The translations under genes were made by a program, and so were the position numbers. The notes under the pieces were generated by a model. It was not told the DNA's origin, made no database searches, and saw only the letters and a program-made list of their open reading frames with translations. From the human T2T-CHM13v2.0 reference genome, Homo sapiens, in assembly GCF_009914755.1 (NCBI RefSeq), contig NC_060928.1: a stretch of DNA of 64,000 bases. One strand, written 5' to 3'. This document shows, piece by piece, positions 16,070 through 35,879 of the stretch (positions are counted from its first letter, which is position 1; every line of letters starts with the position of its first letter).

Positions 16070-17292
16070 TTCAGAAAGTAACTCTGATTTGATGAATAAG
16101 TTTTGACATTGAAGACTGGCATTACTAGTTAGATAAATTTTACATAAACTGGATGAACAAAACTGACAGCTCCAAGTTTTGATAAATATATATTTAAAGC
16201 ATGTAATAATATAAAAAGCATTTTATTAAAATATTGTATTAGAAAAAATTAATTGAAATTAACCAATATTTCCATTTTTTATAAATTTTTCTGAATATAT
16301 AGAGCTAAACAAAGTGCCTCAAAGTGAAAGAGTAATAAACAGATATTTGATAAATCCTGGCAATATTCTCAGAAGTAGAGACCATGCATGGCTTTACTGA
16401 CTGGGTAACAAATTCATTTGCAAGTAAGGTGCTTTCCAAGTCTGTGCTTTCAAAAATGGAAGGAGAATCTAATCAAGTTGTCATCTAATCATTAAAAATA
16501 ATTTTAATGATAAATCATTACTATTTGCTTTTTGACAGTACAGTGGGAAGCTTCTCAAATAATTGAATGCCATTATTCAATAAAACTCTTTCTATGCCCA
16601 TGTGTTTAATCATATGAGTAAGTTTTCAAAGCACTACCATCTAGAAGAAAAAAGTAGGAACACAATTGATGCCAAACTCTGATACAGTCTACACAAACCA
16701 GTGTTCAAAGAAAATAAACTGCATCTAATACATCAAGATATGGAATTCTAATATGTGTCACATTTAAGGTTAGTAATTATTTATAAACATTTATAATAGA
16801 TTGAAAGTACAACTTTTTGATAAATTAATCAGAAAATAAACTGTTGACAGAGTCTTATGACTGAAGGAAAGTTTTTTAAAGTAATAATTTCCATTTTATG
16901 CACAGTTTTGTTCTAGAGATGCATGGTAGGGGGATAAAAATAATCTAAGCATTAAAAAGATATTACACTGTAATGAAATTCTGTAGGTGAAAGGAAATAG
17001 AAATGACTTCAGAGAGAAAAAGGAGCAAAGTAAAATTTGCTGAATGTTACAAGAGGAGCTTATAATTTTTTAATGTTTGGTGAATGTCAAGGCACTATGG
17101 GATTTAGGTTTCACTAGACACATTTAAAATAGTTATATGTCAATTATTATAATAGTCTTTAAATTCTATTATCTGACACTATTTACATTCACAGTTAAAA
17201 TTTTGTAGATATTAATTTAAAATTGTACAAGGGCTGTGTACTTTGTCAAAATCCTTTGAGGGTACACAGCAAAAATATTTGGAAGACCACAT
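16070..17292 (+). mobile_element. hAT-Charlie (Charlie7-like) transposon relic
   Basis: Decayed transposase C-terminus (gactgggtaacaaattcattt, W..N.F) and terminus gggtacacagcaaaaatatttggaagaccac. Confidence 0.6.
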
Positions 17293-17329
17293 ATCTAAAA
17301 CACTATGTTGCACTGCCTCCTCGATAAGA

Positions 17330-17720
17330 GCTTAACTTTTTGTTTAAATGTGTGCAGGGTTTCAGACACAAAATAAACATATGGATAGAGCAGGTGAGAA
17401 TGGAGACTTCAAATTGCTTCCCAATTGCTGAGCTCAATGGAATTGCAGTTATGAAGCTCACAATGCTATTTAGCAGAATGAAGTCACAATTTCAAAAGAG
17501 ATTCATAGATTTTCATGTGATGATTCTGAATCATGCATTATTTTCAGTGGGTGGCCCAGAGTTTAGAGTTCAAACTCTAGGATGTCTGAATTACTAGATA
17601 ACTGCCACATTACTGTTGAGAATATCAAAAAGAACTGATTAAGCTTAAAGAATAATGTTCACCTAAAAGACATAGATAGTATCCTTTCCCAGGAATTTTG
17701 GGAAACAAATACGAAACTTA
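17330..17720 (+). mobile_element. Second ancient hAT transposase relic
   Basis: ORF 17340..17597 MFKCVQGFRHKINIW...CFP...QFQKRFIDF, then ELIKLK and EFW downstream, resembles SPIN/GTF2IRD2-type hAT transposases. Confidence 0.55.
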
Positions 17721-18942
17721 GAACTAAGCTAATATTTCTGCTATGTGAAAGAAAAAAAACCAGCATTTTGTTTTTCATTTACCTGGTTCTGTAAAGATCT
17801 ATCAGCTATGATTAAATTGACCATGATGGGGCGTACAAAGCTGAATACAGAACTAAAATAGATGATGTTTTGAATAGCAAATGAGCAGCATTCTTGTTAG
17901 AGTAATCAGAACTGATTATTGACCAAAATAGACTCAGGGATGTGCACTTATGATCATACATATTAAATAATATCAGACTTTTGACTTGTTGCTAAAAATT
18001 TCCATATTCTACTGTAATCTGTAAGACCACAAATGTGGATTTCTGATTGTGATTCTGAAATGTGATTCTGATTTCTGATTCAGAGGCATAATATTGACAA
18101 AATGAAGATGGTCTTGGTCTCCAGCCACTGAACAAAATAATATTCTGTAAGAAGCCCAAGGATCAACCTATGATCTTGAGCTTCTGAGCTATCAACCTGT
18201 AAGCCAAGCAGCTAGCTTGGCAAGAGAGTGAGAAGAATGAATGCAGATGAGGAAAGAAAACCTCTATATTTCTGTTTTAGGAACCACTGTGCCACTTCAA
18301 GCAAAGCAATATTTGGCAGAGAATAGAAACTTAATCTCAAATGATCTATAAACAAGAATTACGGAGCCCGCAGAGAACAGGTAGTATTTAGGCTCAACAA
18401 GAAAACGATTTTATCTGGCACTGCTTCTTTATCCTGGGTATGTGGCATAGCAAAGTCAAAACAAGCCTGTAATTCTCCCAGAAAAACAGTGGAAACTCAC
18501 AGGATGAGCATTTCTCGTGGTCACAGATCAAAAGAAGTTGTTAGGGACTTAAAAGTATTTTTAAAGCTTCAAGTTACAGCAAAATGAAATGTTAAATACC
18601 AGAAAAGTTGATCATGAAGTTTCTTCATAAGAATTCTGGCATATCCTTAGCTCTATCACTACCCAATAATGACAGCTGTTTCTTACATAGCTTCTCTTCT
18701 TCATCTCATTTTTGACCACTCTCCCTAGCATGTTCTATGTAACAGCCCTACAGACAGTTTCTGACAGCTGATTAAAAGAACTGAGGGGAGATATCTGGGG
18801 CAAGAACGTCGCAGCAGATGGAACAGAGTAGCTACAGCCTAGAGAGCAAAAACAAAAACATTAGGAGAAAAGTCAGAGACGCAATCAGGGCCAGATAATG
18901 TAGAGTGGGATGTCTATGTTGCACAACTCTAGGAGGCACAAA

Positions 18943-20036
<1,094 letters not shown>

Positions 20037-20229
20037 CTATTCACATTGCTTTCTATATGACTGGTATTCTCCCGCAGTTGTGCAATGCAGCAATACTGAT
20101 GAAGTCCTGACAGTTGTAAAGACCAAGGGCTTTTATACTGAGTGAGAGGGAAAGCCTTAGGAAACTTAGAGAGAATAGATGTGAAAGTTTAAAAGATCCC
20201 TTTCTCTGCTGTGTGCATAGGGAGGTATC

Positions 20230-21660
<1,431 letters not shown>

Positions 21661-21739
21661 TTGCAGGGGGCAGCCAAGTTTATACTCCCTCCTTCACAAC
21701 CCCACATCTCTTCTCCTATAGGACATTGTCCTTATGGGC

Positions 21740-22315
<576 letters not shown>

Positions 22316-24037
22316 TCTGTGCGTCCCATGTCCATCTCTCCACTGGCCTATGAACTCTTTAAAAATATGCCTGTCTTCATGCCTTCTCCAGTTCCTGGTA
22401 AACTGCCTGGTACATAGAATATACTTACTACATGTCTGTTGAATTGAAGGATTTACATTTGCACAGGGCATGTGGCTTCTCTCAAATAAAGAAGTTATCT
22501 GAAATACATTATCCCATTTAGCCCATAACACAATTCTACCACTTAGGTATTATTATTTCTATTGTAAAGTTGGAGCAATAGAGGTTTAAAGGGCTTGAGA
22601 GACATGCTCAGCGCCTTCACGATGCTATTTGCAAAATATCCATATAAGTACCTCATCTATCTCTAGCAAAATATTGATGTAAGTACCTCAAAGAAATAGT
22701 ATTAAATTATTTCTTCCAAATAAACCCACAATTCAATAGGAGAAATTCGGACTATGTGTTTTACCAGGATCCTGAAACTATCATTTTGCTGCTTGTGCAC
22801 TGAAATGGTTGCTAGCAGCAACCAGAGCTAGGCAGAGCAAATAAGGTGCTATGAAAAGGAAGAGGAAAATGAATGAATAAATAACTGAAGTTCTTTCATG
22901 GCAGAGAGATCTCTTCAGGCCCACAGAAATACGATTTAAAATCAACTTTCCATATATGATTACAGACTAGGTAAAGGATTAGTCAGAAAGCTCAGCATGA
23001 TTGATAGGTCCTGAACTTTAGCCCCCTGAGTTCTCACATCTCAACTATGGAAACACACAAATGTTTATTTTAAAACCTCTGACGAACAGTTCCCACAGCA
23101 TTATCACTTTAGCACATTATTTACTTTACAAGACCTAGCATCAACATAAGATAGAAAGGATAAGACAACTGTGTGTCCTTCTATATGGGAACAAAATACC
23201 TTAGGAGTTATGACTGACTTAAAGGATATTAAGAGAAGATGAATCGAATTTACAGAGCTAAGCATTGGGAAAAGCAGCTGTTACAAGTTGTGGGTTTTGG
23301 CTCGATTCACTCTGGAAAGACACGTGAGAGCTCTTGTGAGAAGGGGGCTGTAGCGGCGGGTATTAATAAGGATTAATAATCAAATCTCAAGATGGTCCCA
23401 GGATGGTGGACTATTTGGGGGAGGATGGAGCCTGGGGGACTGGATTTAAAATAAGCTGGGAATGACCTCCTGAACCTCAGTTTCTTAATTTATAAAATAA
23501 AGATGATAATACCTTGGAGATTTACTCTGAAAGCAAATTGAACTAACAGCTGTGAAAGCACTTCAGAAAGGAGAATGGGGTACATAATGTAAAGGGAGGG
23601 AATTACTATTTCCTTGGGCAAATGATTTCACAAGTTGGAAGAAGACGATTGAGACAAGAGTCAACTTTTAGTCACCATTCATTTCATCGGCTAATTAGGA
23701 ACCTGACACCCAACGCAAGTCCACAGTGCCGAATATCTTCACCAGAACACCTTCTTCCGTCCCCTTTGCTAAGTAGGAGCCTTTCTCTTTTAAAATATTC
23801 AGGATTCATTTATGTAATTGACTTCACTCTATTCCATTGACATTTAACCTGTGTCCTTTTATACTTTCTGTATCACAGCATATTTACATGTAGTTATTAA
23901 TGCTCTTTTAACATTCTGTTTCTTACACGTGGGTATCACAGATTAGGTTTAACACTCCTTAAAGGTAGGAAGTATGTTAAACTATTATTATAATTATTAC
24001 TGTTAGAAAGTACTTTGCAAAACATATAGCCCTGGAC

Positions 24038-24270
24038 CACGGTTTCTCAAAAGCAGCACTCCTAACATTTTAGGCCATGTAATTTTTTGTTGTGGGAGGC
24101 TGTCCTGCATGTACATTGTAGGATGTTTGGCAGCATATCTTGCCTCTACCTACTAGGTGTTAGTAGCAACTCCCCCTGTTCTCACAGTTGTGACAACCAA
24201 AAATGTCTACAGACATTGCCAAATGTTCCCAAATGGGGGCTGCAAAATCACCCCTAGTGAAGAACCAATG
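24038..24270 (-). mobile_element. MER20 (hAT-Charlie)
   Basis: gttgtgacaaccaaaaatgtctacagacattgccaaatg and both termini. Confidence 0.88.
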
Positions 24271-24976
24271 CGTTAAACAGATACAGATTAAAATTATGGT
24301 CATCATAATTACTTTTACTTTTTCAGAGTACCTGGAATGATACGCAGAAAAGAAAAAGTGCTCAATCAATATTGAATGAAAAAATGAAAGAAAAACTACA
24401 TTAGTTGTATTTATAAAGTGGCTCTATAGCATAATCCCTTATATGATTAAGACTGTATTATATAATAAACACTTTGCTGGTTGGCATACAATATATTCTT
24501 ACACTTTTTAGTAACTATGTCTGTGTATACAAGAAATTACATTCTTATGCATATACAAAGATTGTAGCTGGCAGTGACTTTCTCTATAGCACACAAACTA
24601 TGAATAGTGTCTAGCATCCTGTTTACCCATAAAGCAAGAGACAGAATACTTATTTTAAATTCTAGGTAAATATTACATCAAACACCAATTGTCAGATGCA
24701 TTTTTGGAGAATTATCTCTACATGAAAAAAATATTACAACCAAGAATTCTAAAAAAGATTATCTGACAAGTAGAGGATCTCAGATGAGTGTACTTCGGAA
24801 ATTTCTGTTCTATTTAAACATACATTTTTAAATATAAATGTTTCATCAATCTTTCTAAGATTTTTTCCAAGATCATCAATCTCTTCCAAGATTAGAATAT
24901 TTGCAATATCCTCTGATATTAGAGAGCCAATGTTTTAAGTGGCATTTTAGTTTGTTATTAAAAAATACTAATAATG

Positions 24977-25310
<334 letters not shown>

Positions 25311-25825
25311 CTAATAATGTTATTTTGATTTTCAAGAACTGATATGTTTTGAGCAACAGTGTTACATAACACTGATGATTTTTTTATTTTCAAGTTTTCT
25401 CTATGAATTCTTAAATCCCGTATCAATGGGTTACATTTTCCAAATTACCACTAATGAAGACTGTAAGCATTCTTATAAAACAGGAGAAAATGTAGTTAAA
25501 ACAGAAAAGACTTAAAGGACTTCTCTTTCAGTTTTACTCACTCAGCCTTCTAGTGGCTTTTAGCTATATACTATCTTTTGGAGGGAATCCTAATTTAGCA
25601 GCAGACCTCTACTAAACAACGTGTGAAAAAGAAAACAAACTTCCATTTCTGGCCATGAGGTAGTAACTTGCAGCAGATCAATGCCCCTGTCAAGTACAAC
25701 TAGAAAAGCCAGATAAAACACAAGAAACATCTGTTGGAAGGCATCTGAGAGCTGATGAGATAATTAAGATGTGAGTGGCCAAGGTCCCAGAGAGAAGATA
25801 ACTATAGAACAAAGAGTCTACATTC

Positions 25826-26060
25826 TTTTTTAAAGTTTTATTTTAAGTTCAAAAGTACATATGCAAGTTTGTTATATAGGTAAACTTGTGTCATGGGGGT
25901 TTGTTGTACAGATCACTCACTTATTAAGCCTAGTACCCATTAATTATTTTTCCTGATCCTTTTTCTCCTCCTACCCTCCACCTTCTGGTAGACCCCAGTA
26001 TCAGTCGTTCCCCTCTATGTGTCTATGTATTCTTATCATTTAGCTAAGTGAGAACATGCC
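25826..26060 (-). mobile_element. L1PA (older, L1PA13-16-like) 3'-end fragment
   Basis: ttttattttaagttc...ggtaaacttgtgtcatggggg; TSD aagagtctaca. Confidence 0.88.
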
Positions 26061-26669
26061 CTAAGAGTCTACAATCTGTGTATGCCTTGTCCTTCATGGA
26101 ACTTGCCAGTTCTTGGCATGGTGCTACACATGTGACCACTGCAAAGACAAGATAAGCCAGCAGAACTTTTGGCAATTCCACAAAGGCGAAGAGACAAAAA
26201 TTAGAGTTTGGTGTTGCTGAAGCAGCCAGATACTAAGGGGCCAGGTGAGCAGTGAAAGGGGAGACATAGAGAAGCAGATCTATCACTTGGGAGGGTTGCC
26301 TTGCAAGGCATTTGCCACAGAGGGCAGGAGCCTAAAGAACTAAGCAGAAAACTTCAGAAAAGTAGAATGGAAATTACAGAAATTATACTGCTCTGAGCAG
26401 AAAATAAAATAAAATTTGGAACTACTCAAGGAGGAAGGGAATATAGTAAGCCTACCAGTTTCTCAGTTGAGACTACTGGAGAACCACACTCTCAGAATGG
26501 AGAAAAACCAGAGGTAGACGGAGCCTTATAACAATGAGGCAAAATCAGCTTAGTCTCTGATTAAATTAAGGCTATCTGGCCCCATATGTGCCTAGTGATC
26601 ATATATGTGGCACATACGTGTGATCATATATGTGTCTGGCCCATATCACATATACGATCTGGCCATATA

Positions 26670-27110
26670 TGTCTACCCTTCAAGAATCTATTGCTACATT
26701 TGCTGGCCCACTGCCTTTAGCTGTCAGATCCTTCGGGTTTTGCCTCAGCTGTGGAACACTGAAGAGATCTGCCTCACTCAGTGGCACACTCTTCCCAGGA
26801 AGGACCACATCCAATGACTGATTGAGGTGGAGACACATAGACTCAACTATTTTGGATCAACATGAGATAACTCTTGTAGGCTTAATACATTCCAGAACTC
26901 CCCAAGGATTTAGCTGAGGCTTTGGTGGGCCTGGATCATATTTCAACTCCTTCTGCCCAATTCTGCTTTCTCTCCCTCCCTTAACACAAAGGCTGAAGCT
27001 TAATAAATACTCTGTACACCAAACTCCATCTCAGTTACTATTTGCAGAAAACTCAACTTTTAGCACCTAGTGTCAGACATGGTCTAAGAAAGCAGGTGAT
27101 AAGATATGGT
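26670..27110 (+). mobile_element. LTR16A-like ERVL LTR plus the start of internal sequence
   Basis: cacatccaatgactga, ccttctgcccaattctgc, aataaat...ctccatctcag, then tggtctaagaaagcagg. Confidence 0.6.
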
Positions 27111-27616
27111 TATTGATCTAGATAACCTCACAACTACATCAGCTGTGAAAACTAGCAGCCAAGCAGCCACTAGAAGGGGCAAAACATGCTTGGAGCTCTC
27201 CACAATGCCCCATTACCAAAGAATTGTCATTATTTTTCTTGTCTGTTAGCTCCCTGGAAACTCAGAGCAAATGTGATTATTTGACCTGAATAAGAGCTTA
27301 CTCAGTGCAAAAGCCTTTTCCCCGGGGTGTTTCTAAAAAAAAAAATTAATAATCGATTAACACTGTAACTGTCTGAGGTGGGGATATCACTTGGGGCAAA
27401 CAAGAAGCTAACCAGAAAAATTAAAAGAAAAATGTGGGGAATTCCTGTAGGAAAATTTGAAAAGCTCTAATACATTGCTGAGAATCTAGAAGATCCCATG
27501 AATGTGCAGGACTATGCATATACCTAAGAAGGACCCAGAAAGGCCCAAATATCTCACCTGTGGCAGACATTGAGACCCTGTACAAGCAGAAATTTAAGGA
27601 TAAGGCAGAGCTGTAA

Positions 27617-27685
27617 ACTCTGCTATAGTATTGACTGCTATAGCATTGACTCTGCTATAGTGTCGACTCTGCTACAGTACTGACT
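27617..27685. repeat. 17-bp minisatellite, about 4 copies (actctgctatagtattg)
   Basis: Read directly from the sequence. Confidence 0.85.
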
Positions 27686-30600
27686 ATGCACCCTAACATG
27701 CACAGAATCCCTTGGCAAAGACTAGGATATATACCTGTTAAAGGCATTTAAGGAAATTCTGTCCAACCATTAGTTGACCACTAGGCTGCTATCTGGGCAA
27801 AAACTTCAGTGGCCAGACATGACAAAGAACAAACTTAACATAATTTGTTTCAGGGAACTCACTGAACAAATAAATAACAATAATTAAAGCAACAAGAAAC
27901 AGAAACAGCAACTAATGTTGGGGGGAAGAATTCAACTTGCAGAGTTGAACATTATATTATTTTAAATGTCCAACTTTCAACAAAAAATTACAAGATGTCC
28001 AAAGAGACTGGAACATATGCCCATATAGAGGGGGAAAAAACAGTCAACAAAAACTGTTCCTGAGGAAGCTCAGACATTGAATTTACTGGACAGACTTTTA
28101 AATCAGTTATTTTAACTCATTCAAAGAACTAAGGAACACATTTCTAGAGAACTAAAGGGAAGTATAAGAGCAATGGCTCAAAAAATACAAAATATTAATA
28201 AAGATATATAGATTATTTTAAAATATTAGAAATTATGCAGTAAAATATATAATAACTGAAATTAAAAATTTACTAGAAAGACTTAACAGCAGACTTGATC
28301 AGGCAGAAGAGAAAATCCGCAAACTTTAAGATAAGTAAGCTGAGATTATCTAGTCTAAGGAACAGAAAGAAAAAAAAGAAGAAAAATTAAAAGGTCCTTA
28401 ATGACTTGGAGGATGTACCAACATACTCATAATGGGAGTCCCAGAAAGAGATAAAAGAATGAGTCAGAAAGAATGTTTGAAGATATAATAGCTGAAAACT
28501 TCTCAAATTTGGAGAAAAACATACATCTGCATAACAAAGAAGTACAAAAATTCAAATAAACTCTAAAGGATCTACACTTAGACACATTGTAATTAATCTA
28601 TCAAAAATCAGACACAGAAAATTTTGAAAACACTGGGAGATAAGCAACTCATCAGATAAAATGGAGCTTCAGAAAGGTTAACATCTGACTTCTCATCCAA
28701 ACTGAGGAGTCCAAAAGGAAGTGGGATAACATATTCAAAGTGCTGAAAATAAAAGACTGTCAAACAGAAATTCTATGTACAGCAAAATATCCTTTCAAAA
28801 TGAAAGACAAATTATGATATTCCCAGATAAACAAAAGTGGAGAGAATTTGCTATTAACAGAACCACCCTGTAAGAAGTACTAAAGGAAGTCCTTTGGGAT
28901 AAAATAAAAGGACAGTATACAGCAACTTGAATCCATATGAAGAAATAAAAGGTATTGGTAGAGGTAATTAAATAGGTAAAAGTAAGATAAAAGAAATGTA
29001 TTTTTTCTATAAATCTTTTATTATCCTATCTGATTCTTAAAAACAACTGCATAAATAATTTATAATCATAATCAATAAACCTATGTTGAGATTATATTAT
29101 ATAAAGATGTAATTTGTATACATAATGGTACAAAGAAGGAAAAAGAAACAAAGCTATACAGAAGCAAAGTGTAGATATTGTTGAAATTCGGTTAGGATTC
29201 ATCTGAACTAGACTGTTATAACTTAAGACGTTAATTTTAAGTTCCAGCACAACCAATAAGAATAACTAAAAAAAATAGCCAAGCAACAAGAAATTTAAAA
29301 TGGCACACCCCAATATATCTAACACAAAAAAAGTCAGTAATGAAGGATCAAGAAATACAAAAGTCATAGAGAAAACAAATTTCAAAACAGCATATGCAAA
29401 TACTTATAATTACATTAAGTGTAAATGAATTAAACACTACAATCAAAAGGCAGAGATTTGTCTCATAGATAAAAATATGAGATTCAATTATATACTGTGT
29501 GTAAAAGGCATACTTTATATTCAGAAACACAAATAGGTTGTAAGCTCAAAAATGGAAATTTTTAGGTGCCTATGTGTTTACACATATTTTCTATTGCTGG
29601 GTGGAGTGTACTACAGATGTCTATTAGATCTCATTGGTTTATCGTGCTTTGTAAGTCTTGTATTTCCCTTTTAATCTTCTACCTAGTTCTACTCATTATT
29701 GACAGTGGAATATTATGGTTGAATTGTCTATTTTTCCTTCAGTTCTGTCAGATTTAAGTATTTCTGGCTCTGTGTTATGTTTTCCTGACGAATTGACCCT
29801 TTATCATTAAAAAATCCCTCCTCTTTTCTGATAACAATTTTGTTTTAAAATCTATTTGATCAAATATTAGTATAGCCATTCCAGCTCTTTTAGCAAAGAT
29901 TGAATGGTATATTTACATATGTAATCTTTATCAAAATTATAGCTGAATTTTTTTCAGAAATTGACAAGTTAATCCTAAAATTTATACAGAAAGGCAAGGG
30001 ACCCAGGATAGCTAAAGTAATCCTTAAAAAGTTAAAGTATGCACACTTCATAATTTCAAAATGTATTGCAAACTGTGGTAATCAAGAAAGATAGATAGAT
30101 CAATAAAAAATAATTGAAAGTCCAGAAATAAACCCATACATCTATGGCCAATTGTTTTTTAACAAGGGGCTCCAAGTCCATTCAGTGGGAAAGAATAGCT
30201 CTTCAACAATACATACTAGGACAACTGAATTTCCATACGCAAATGAAAGAAGTTGGACTCCTACTTCACAACATACAGAAAAGTTAATTTAAAATGGATC
30301 AATGACTTAAATATAAGAGCTAAATCTATTAAAATCTTAAAAGAAAACAAAGGAATAAATAATTAGTCACCTTGTATTAGCCAATTTTTAAAATACATAC
30401 ACTAGAAGCATACACAACAAAAGAAAAGACAGATAAACTGGACTTCCTCAAAGTTAAAAACTGTTGTTAAAATGAAAACAGCCCCCGAAGAATGTAGGAA
30501 GATATTTGAAGATTATATAGCTTAAAAGGCACACTTGCATCCAGAATATATAAAGAACCTGACAATTCAACAATTTAAAGAGGCAACCTAATTTTAAAAT

Positions 30601-31439
30601 GGGCAAAGTATTTGAATAGATATTTCTCAATATAAGGCATACAAATGGCTAACACTAACAAGCACATGACATGTTGCTCAACATAATTAGTCATTAGCAA
30701 ACTGCAAATCAAAACCACAATGGGATACCACTTCACATCAACTAGGACAGCTATAAACAAAAGAGACAAGTGTGGTGAAAATGTGGAAACACTGGAGCCC
30801 TCATACATTGTTTGTAGGAATGGCATTTCCTCAAAATGTTAAACATAGAGTTAATACTAGTCACAGCAATTCTACTCCTAGGTATATAGCTGAGAGAATT
30901 AAAACAGTATGTCCACACAAAAACACAAAATCTTATACGCAAATATTATACAGACAGCATTATTCATAACAGTCCAAAAGTGAAAACAGTCCAAATATTC
31001 CTCAATTAATGTATGGATTTTTAATGTGGTATATTCCTACAATGGAGTATCAATTGACAATAAAAATGAATGAAGTACTAATAATACATGCTACAGCATA
31101 TATGAACCCTGAAAATATTTTGCTATGTGAAAGAAGTCAGTCACAAGAGTCCCATACTGTATGATTTAATTCATATTAAATGTCCAAAATAGTCATGTTT
31201 ATAGAAACAGAAAGTTAATTAGTGTTTACCAGGGGCTGAGGAGAGGGATAGCAATTTACTGCTAATGCGTGTAGGTTTCTTTCTAGGGTGATAAAAACAT
31301 TCTGAAATTATTATAGATGATTATGATGGTTGTACAATTCTGTGTGTATACTAAACCACTTAATAATATACTTTAAAGAGATGAATTTTATAGTATGTGA
31401 ATGATCTCAGTAAAGCTGGCATTTCTAAAAGGTAACTAG

Positions 31440-33712
<2,273 letters not shown>

Positions 33713-33739
33713 AAAATGAAATGAAACACAGACACCTAC

Positions 33740-33921
33740 ATTGCTTTCCGTTTTCCTGCTGAGGTGAGAAGCAAATTCTGCTGACATTGCTGCTTTCAGT
33801 TTGGTTTCTAAACTGGGAGCATCTGAGGAAATCCGGCCAGGAGTAATTCACCATCCCCAGGACTGATTCACAGCCTTCTTTTGCAGCCTCACAGAAGGAC
33901 CTACAGGGCAGGAGTCCATGA
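33740..33921 (-). CDS. CORIN: Corin coding exon (exon 5, 182 bp), C-terminal half of Frizzled domain 1: (S)HGLLPCRSFCEAAKEGCESVLGMVNYSWPDFLRCSQFRNQTESSNVSRICFSPQQENGKQ
   Basis: Not in the ORF track; read manually on the minus strand. Acceptor T13-ag|T, donor CAAT|gtaggt. AG|T Ser codon joins the upstream exon in frame. Contains 5 Cys and NYS/NQT/NVS sequons. Confidence 0.97.
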
Positions 33922-35594
33922 CTAAAAAAAAAAAAAGAGAAAGGTGAAAATTAGTGTCTTTACAGAATAGGTTTTGAAATAATAGTGAAATTAAAGTTAG
34001 CCCCTGTGTTGTGATATTATCTTAATTTATACTTACTATAGTCAGCAACTTAAATTTTTACATTCAGTCCTATGACAGTGATTTTAGCTATTCTATGGTC
34101 TTGATTCTAGAAGAAATAGCTAGTTCCACATCATCTAACTATTTCTTGTAGGAACATTTATCAATAATTTGTTTAATATTTACTGGGCTAAAATATATAG
34201 TTGTCAGCCTAAAAGAGCTCTATTTAATATCAAAAGGGGAAAATTAACATGGAAACGAAGGCCCTCAGATTGCAAAGGAAGAAGTAGGTCAAAAATATGT
34301 TATTCTTGTATTTTTATCTTCCCTTTGAGAAATTCAAGTATCTCTGAGTGGCAGCAGAGAGTAAGCTGTTCCATTATTAACTTCCCCAGCCTCCCTGGAA
34401 AATGAACATTATACAGATGAGTGGCAACTTGGAAGACCTTGTACAGTTATTTATCTTTTCAGATTTCTAGTCTGTCATCTGCAAAATAAAAAAAAATGCA
34501 CACAATTGTCTGTTAATAGTATGAGTAATGATGCCCCCAGAGCTTATCTTTATTCACTTAACATGCCATGAAACAGTCCTAGATCCATAGCTCTGTGGAT
34601 GGAGATGGGATACTAACAAAGTCAAGGCCACGGACTTGCTTCCTTGCAGACCCAGGTAATTGTTTCTACTTTACAGCTGAAGGCTGCATCTCTCACCCTG
34701 GCTGGTCAATTGCTAAAAGCATTTCAAATAGTTTTAAGGAAACTGGGAAAGAAAATAGACATGTCAGTTAAATCAAAGCATACACTTCACAAATGTGGAG
34801 CCAATAAGATATCACAGAATCGTACAATATTAGATATGTAACAAACCTTAAACAATACCTTATTCAAATCCTTCAAATGAGATAGTTCCAGGGAGATTCT
34901 AGGACAGACTTGAGGTCAAATAGCTCCTAATGGCAGAAGCAGGAATAGAATCCTGGTGTTTCAAGTTTCAGGACACATTCTACCTACTCTCCCTGTCTCT
35001 TCTCTTCTAAGGACCTAATAGTTGGGCTTTTAAAACTCCTTGATCCAACAAGCACATTTACAATACCCCATTCATACTTCTACAGATTACAAAAACATAA
35101 GGGGATAGGCCAGCCGTTGAGATCAAATGAAACTAATAGGGTCTGTAAAATAATCTTAGGGCAGAGATCTTTGTACATAAAAATGGAAAAAGGGAATTCA
35201 ACAATTACATTCAGATAAAAATATCTTACCTTCCTCTCAGAAAGTCACCTTAAAACTGAGTATCTTTTGGAATACTGATCTTCATATAATTGTCTACATA
35301 CATTAATATGTAACCAAATTCAACAGTGAGGATGTTGAAGAAGAGGTTTTGTATTTGAAAGAATTAGCTTCAGCATATAAAATATGAATTGGTTCAGGCA
35401 AGTTTCTTGGTATAAAGAAGACACCCGAAATATATTAGATATTTCTGGGACTAAGAAAGGATCACTTAAATAACACTGTTTTTCATTATTTCCTGCCTGT
35501 CCTGACTCTTATCCCAGAGAAGTTAGCGAATATACTTTCTCAAATAAAACTAGGATACACAGTAAAGGAAGGTGGAGAACATAAAATTACTATA

Positions 35595-35830
35595 TGCAGT
35601 TACTTATGTTTGCCAGGCACTGTTCTTAGTACCACACATGCATCACCTCACTGATTTCTCAGAACAGGATGAGTAATAGGTGTTATTACTAATCCCCAAT
35701 ATACAAATAAGGAAAGAAGCACAGACAAATAAGACATTTGTCCAAGTTCACTGAGGCAATGAGAGTCAGAGCCGGGATTAGAACTCGGGCAGATTGACCC
35801 AGGACCTATTCTATTTACTACTGTACTACG
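35595..35830 (-). mobile_element. MIR
   Basis: tatgtttgccaggcactgttct...agagccgggattagaactc. Confidence 0.7.
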
Positions 35831-35879
35831 AGTAAGTCCTAATTTCATGAATGCATGTCTTGAAAGCACAACGCAAATC

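Larger units (their letters stand above)
25640..31430 (+). mobile_element. Old L1 (L1M-type), long and rearranged: 5' region, ORF1, endonuclease start, inverted block, distal ORF2, 3' UTR
   Basis: ORF1 motifs (ggagtcccagaa, acatattcaaagtgctgaa), endonuclease start aatgtaaatg-like, 3' UTR ggggctgag...gtttct...ggtgat. Confidence 0.8.

Noticed and set aside
18085-18225. Possible ancient tRNA-derived SINE (MamSINE-like) on the minus strand
   Set aside because: Only a vague reversed B-box/A-box resemblance; too weak to call without an HMM search.
27617-27685. CRISPR-like or regularly spaced repeat array
   Set aside because: Simple head-to-tail minisatellite without spacers in eukaryotic DNA.
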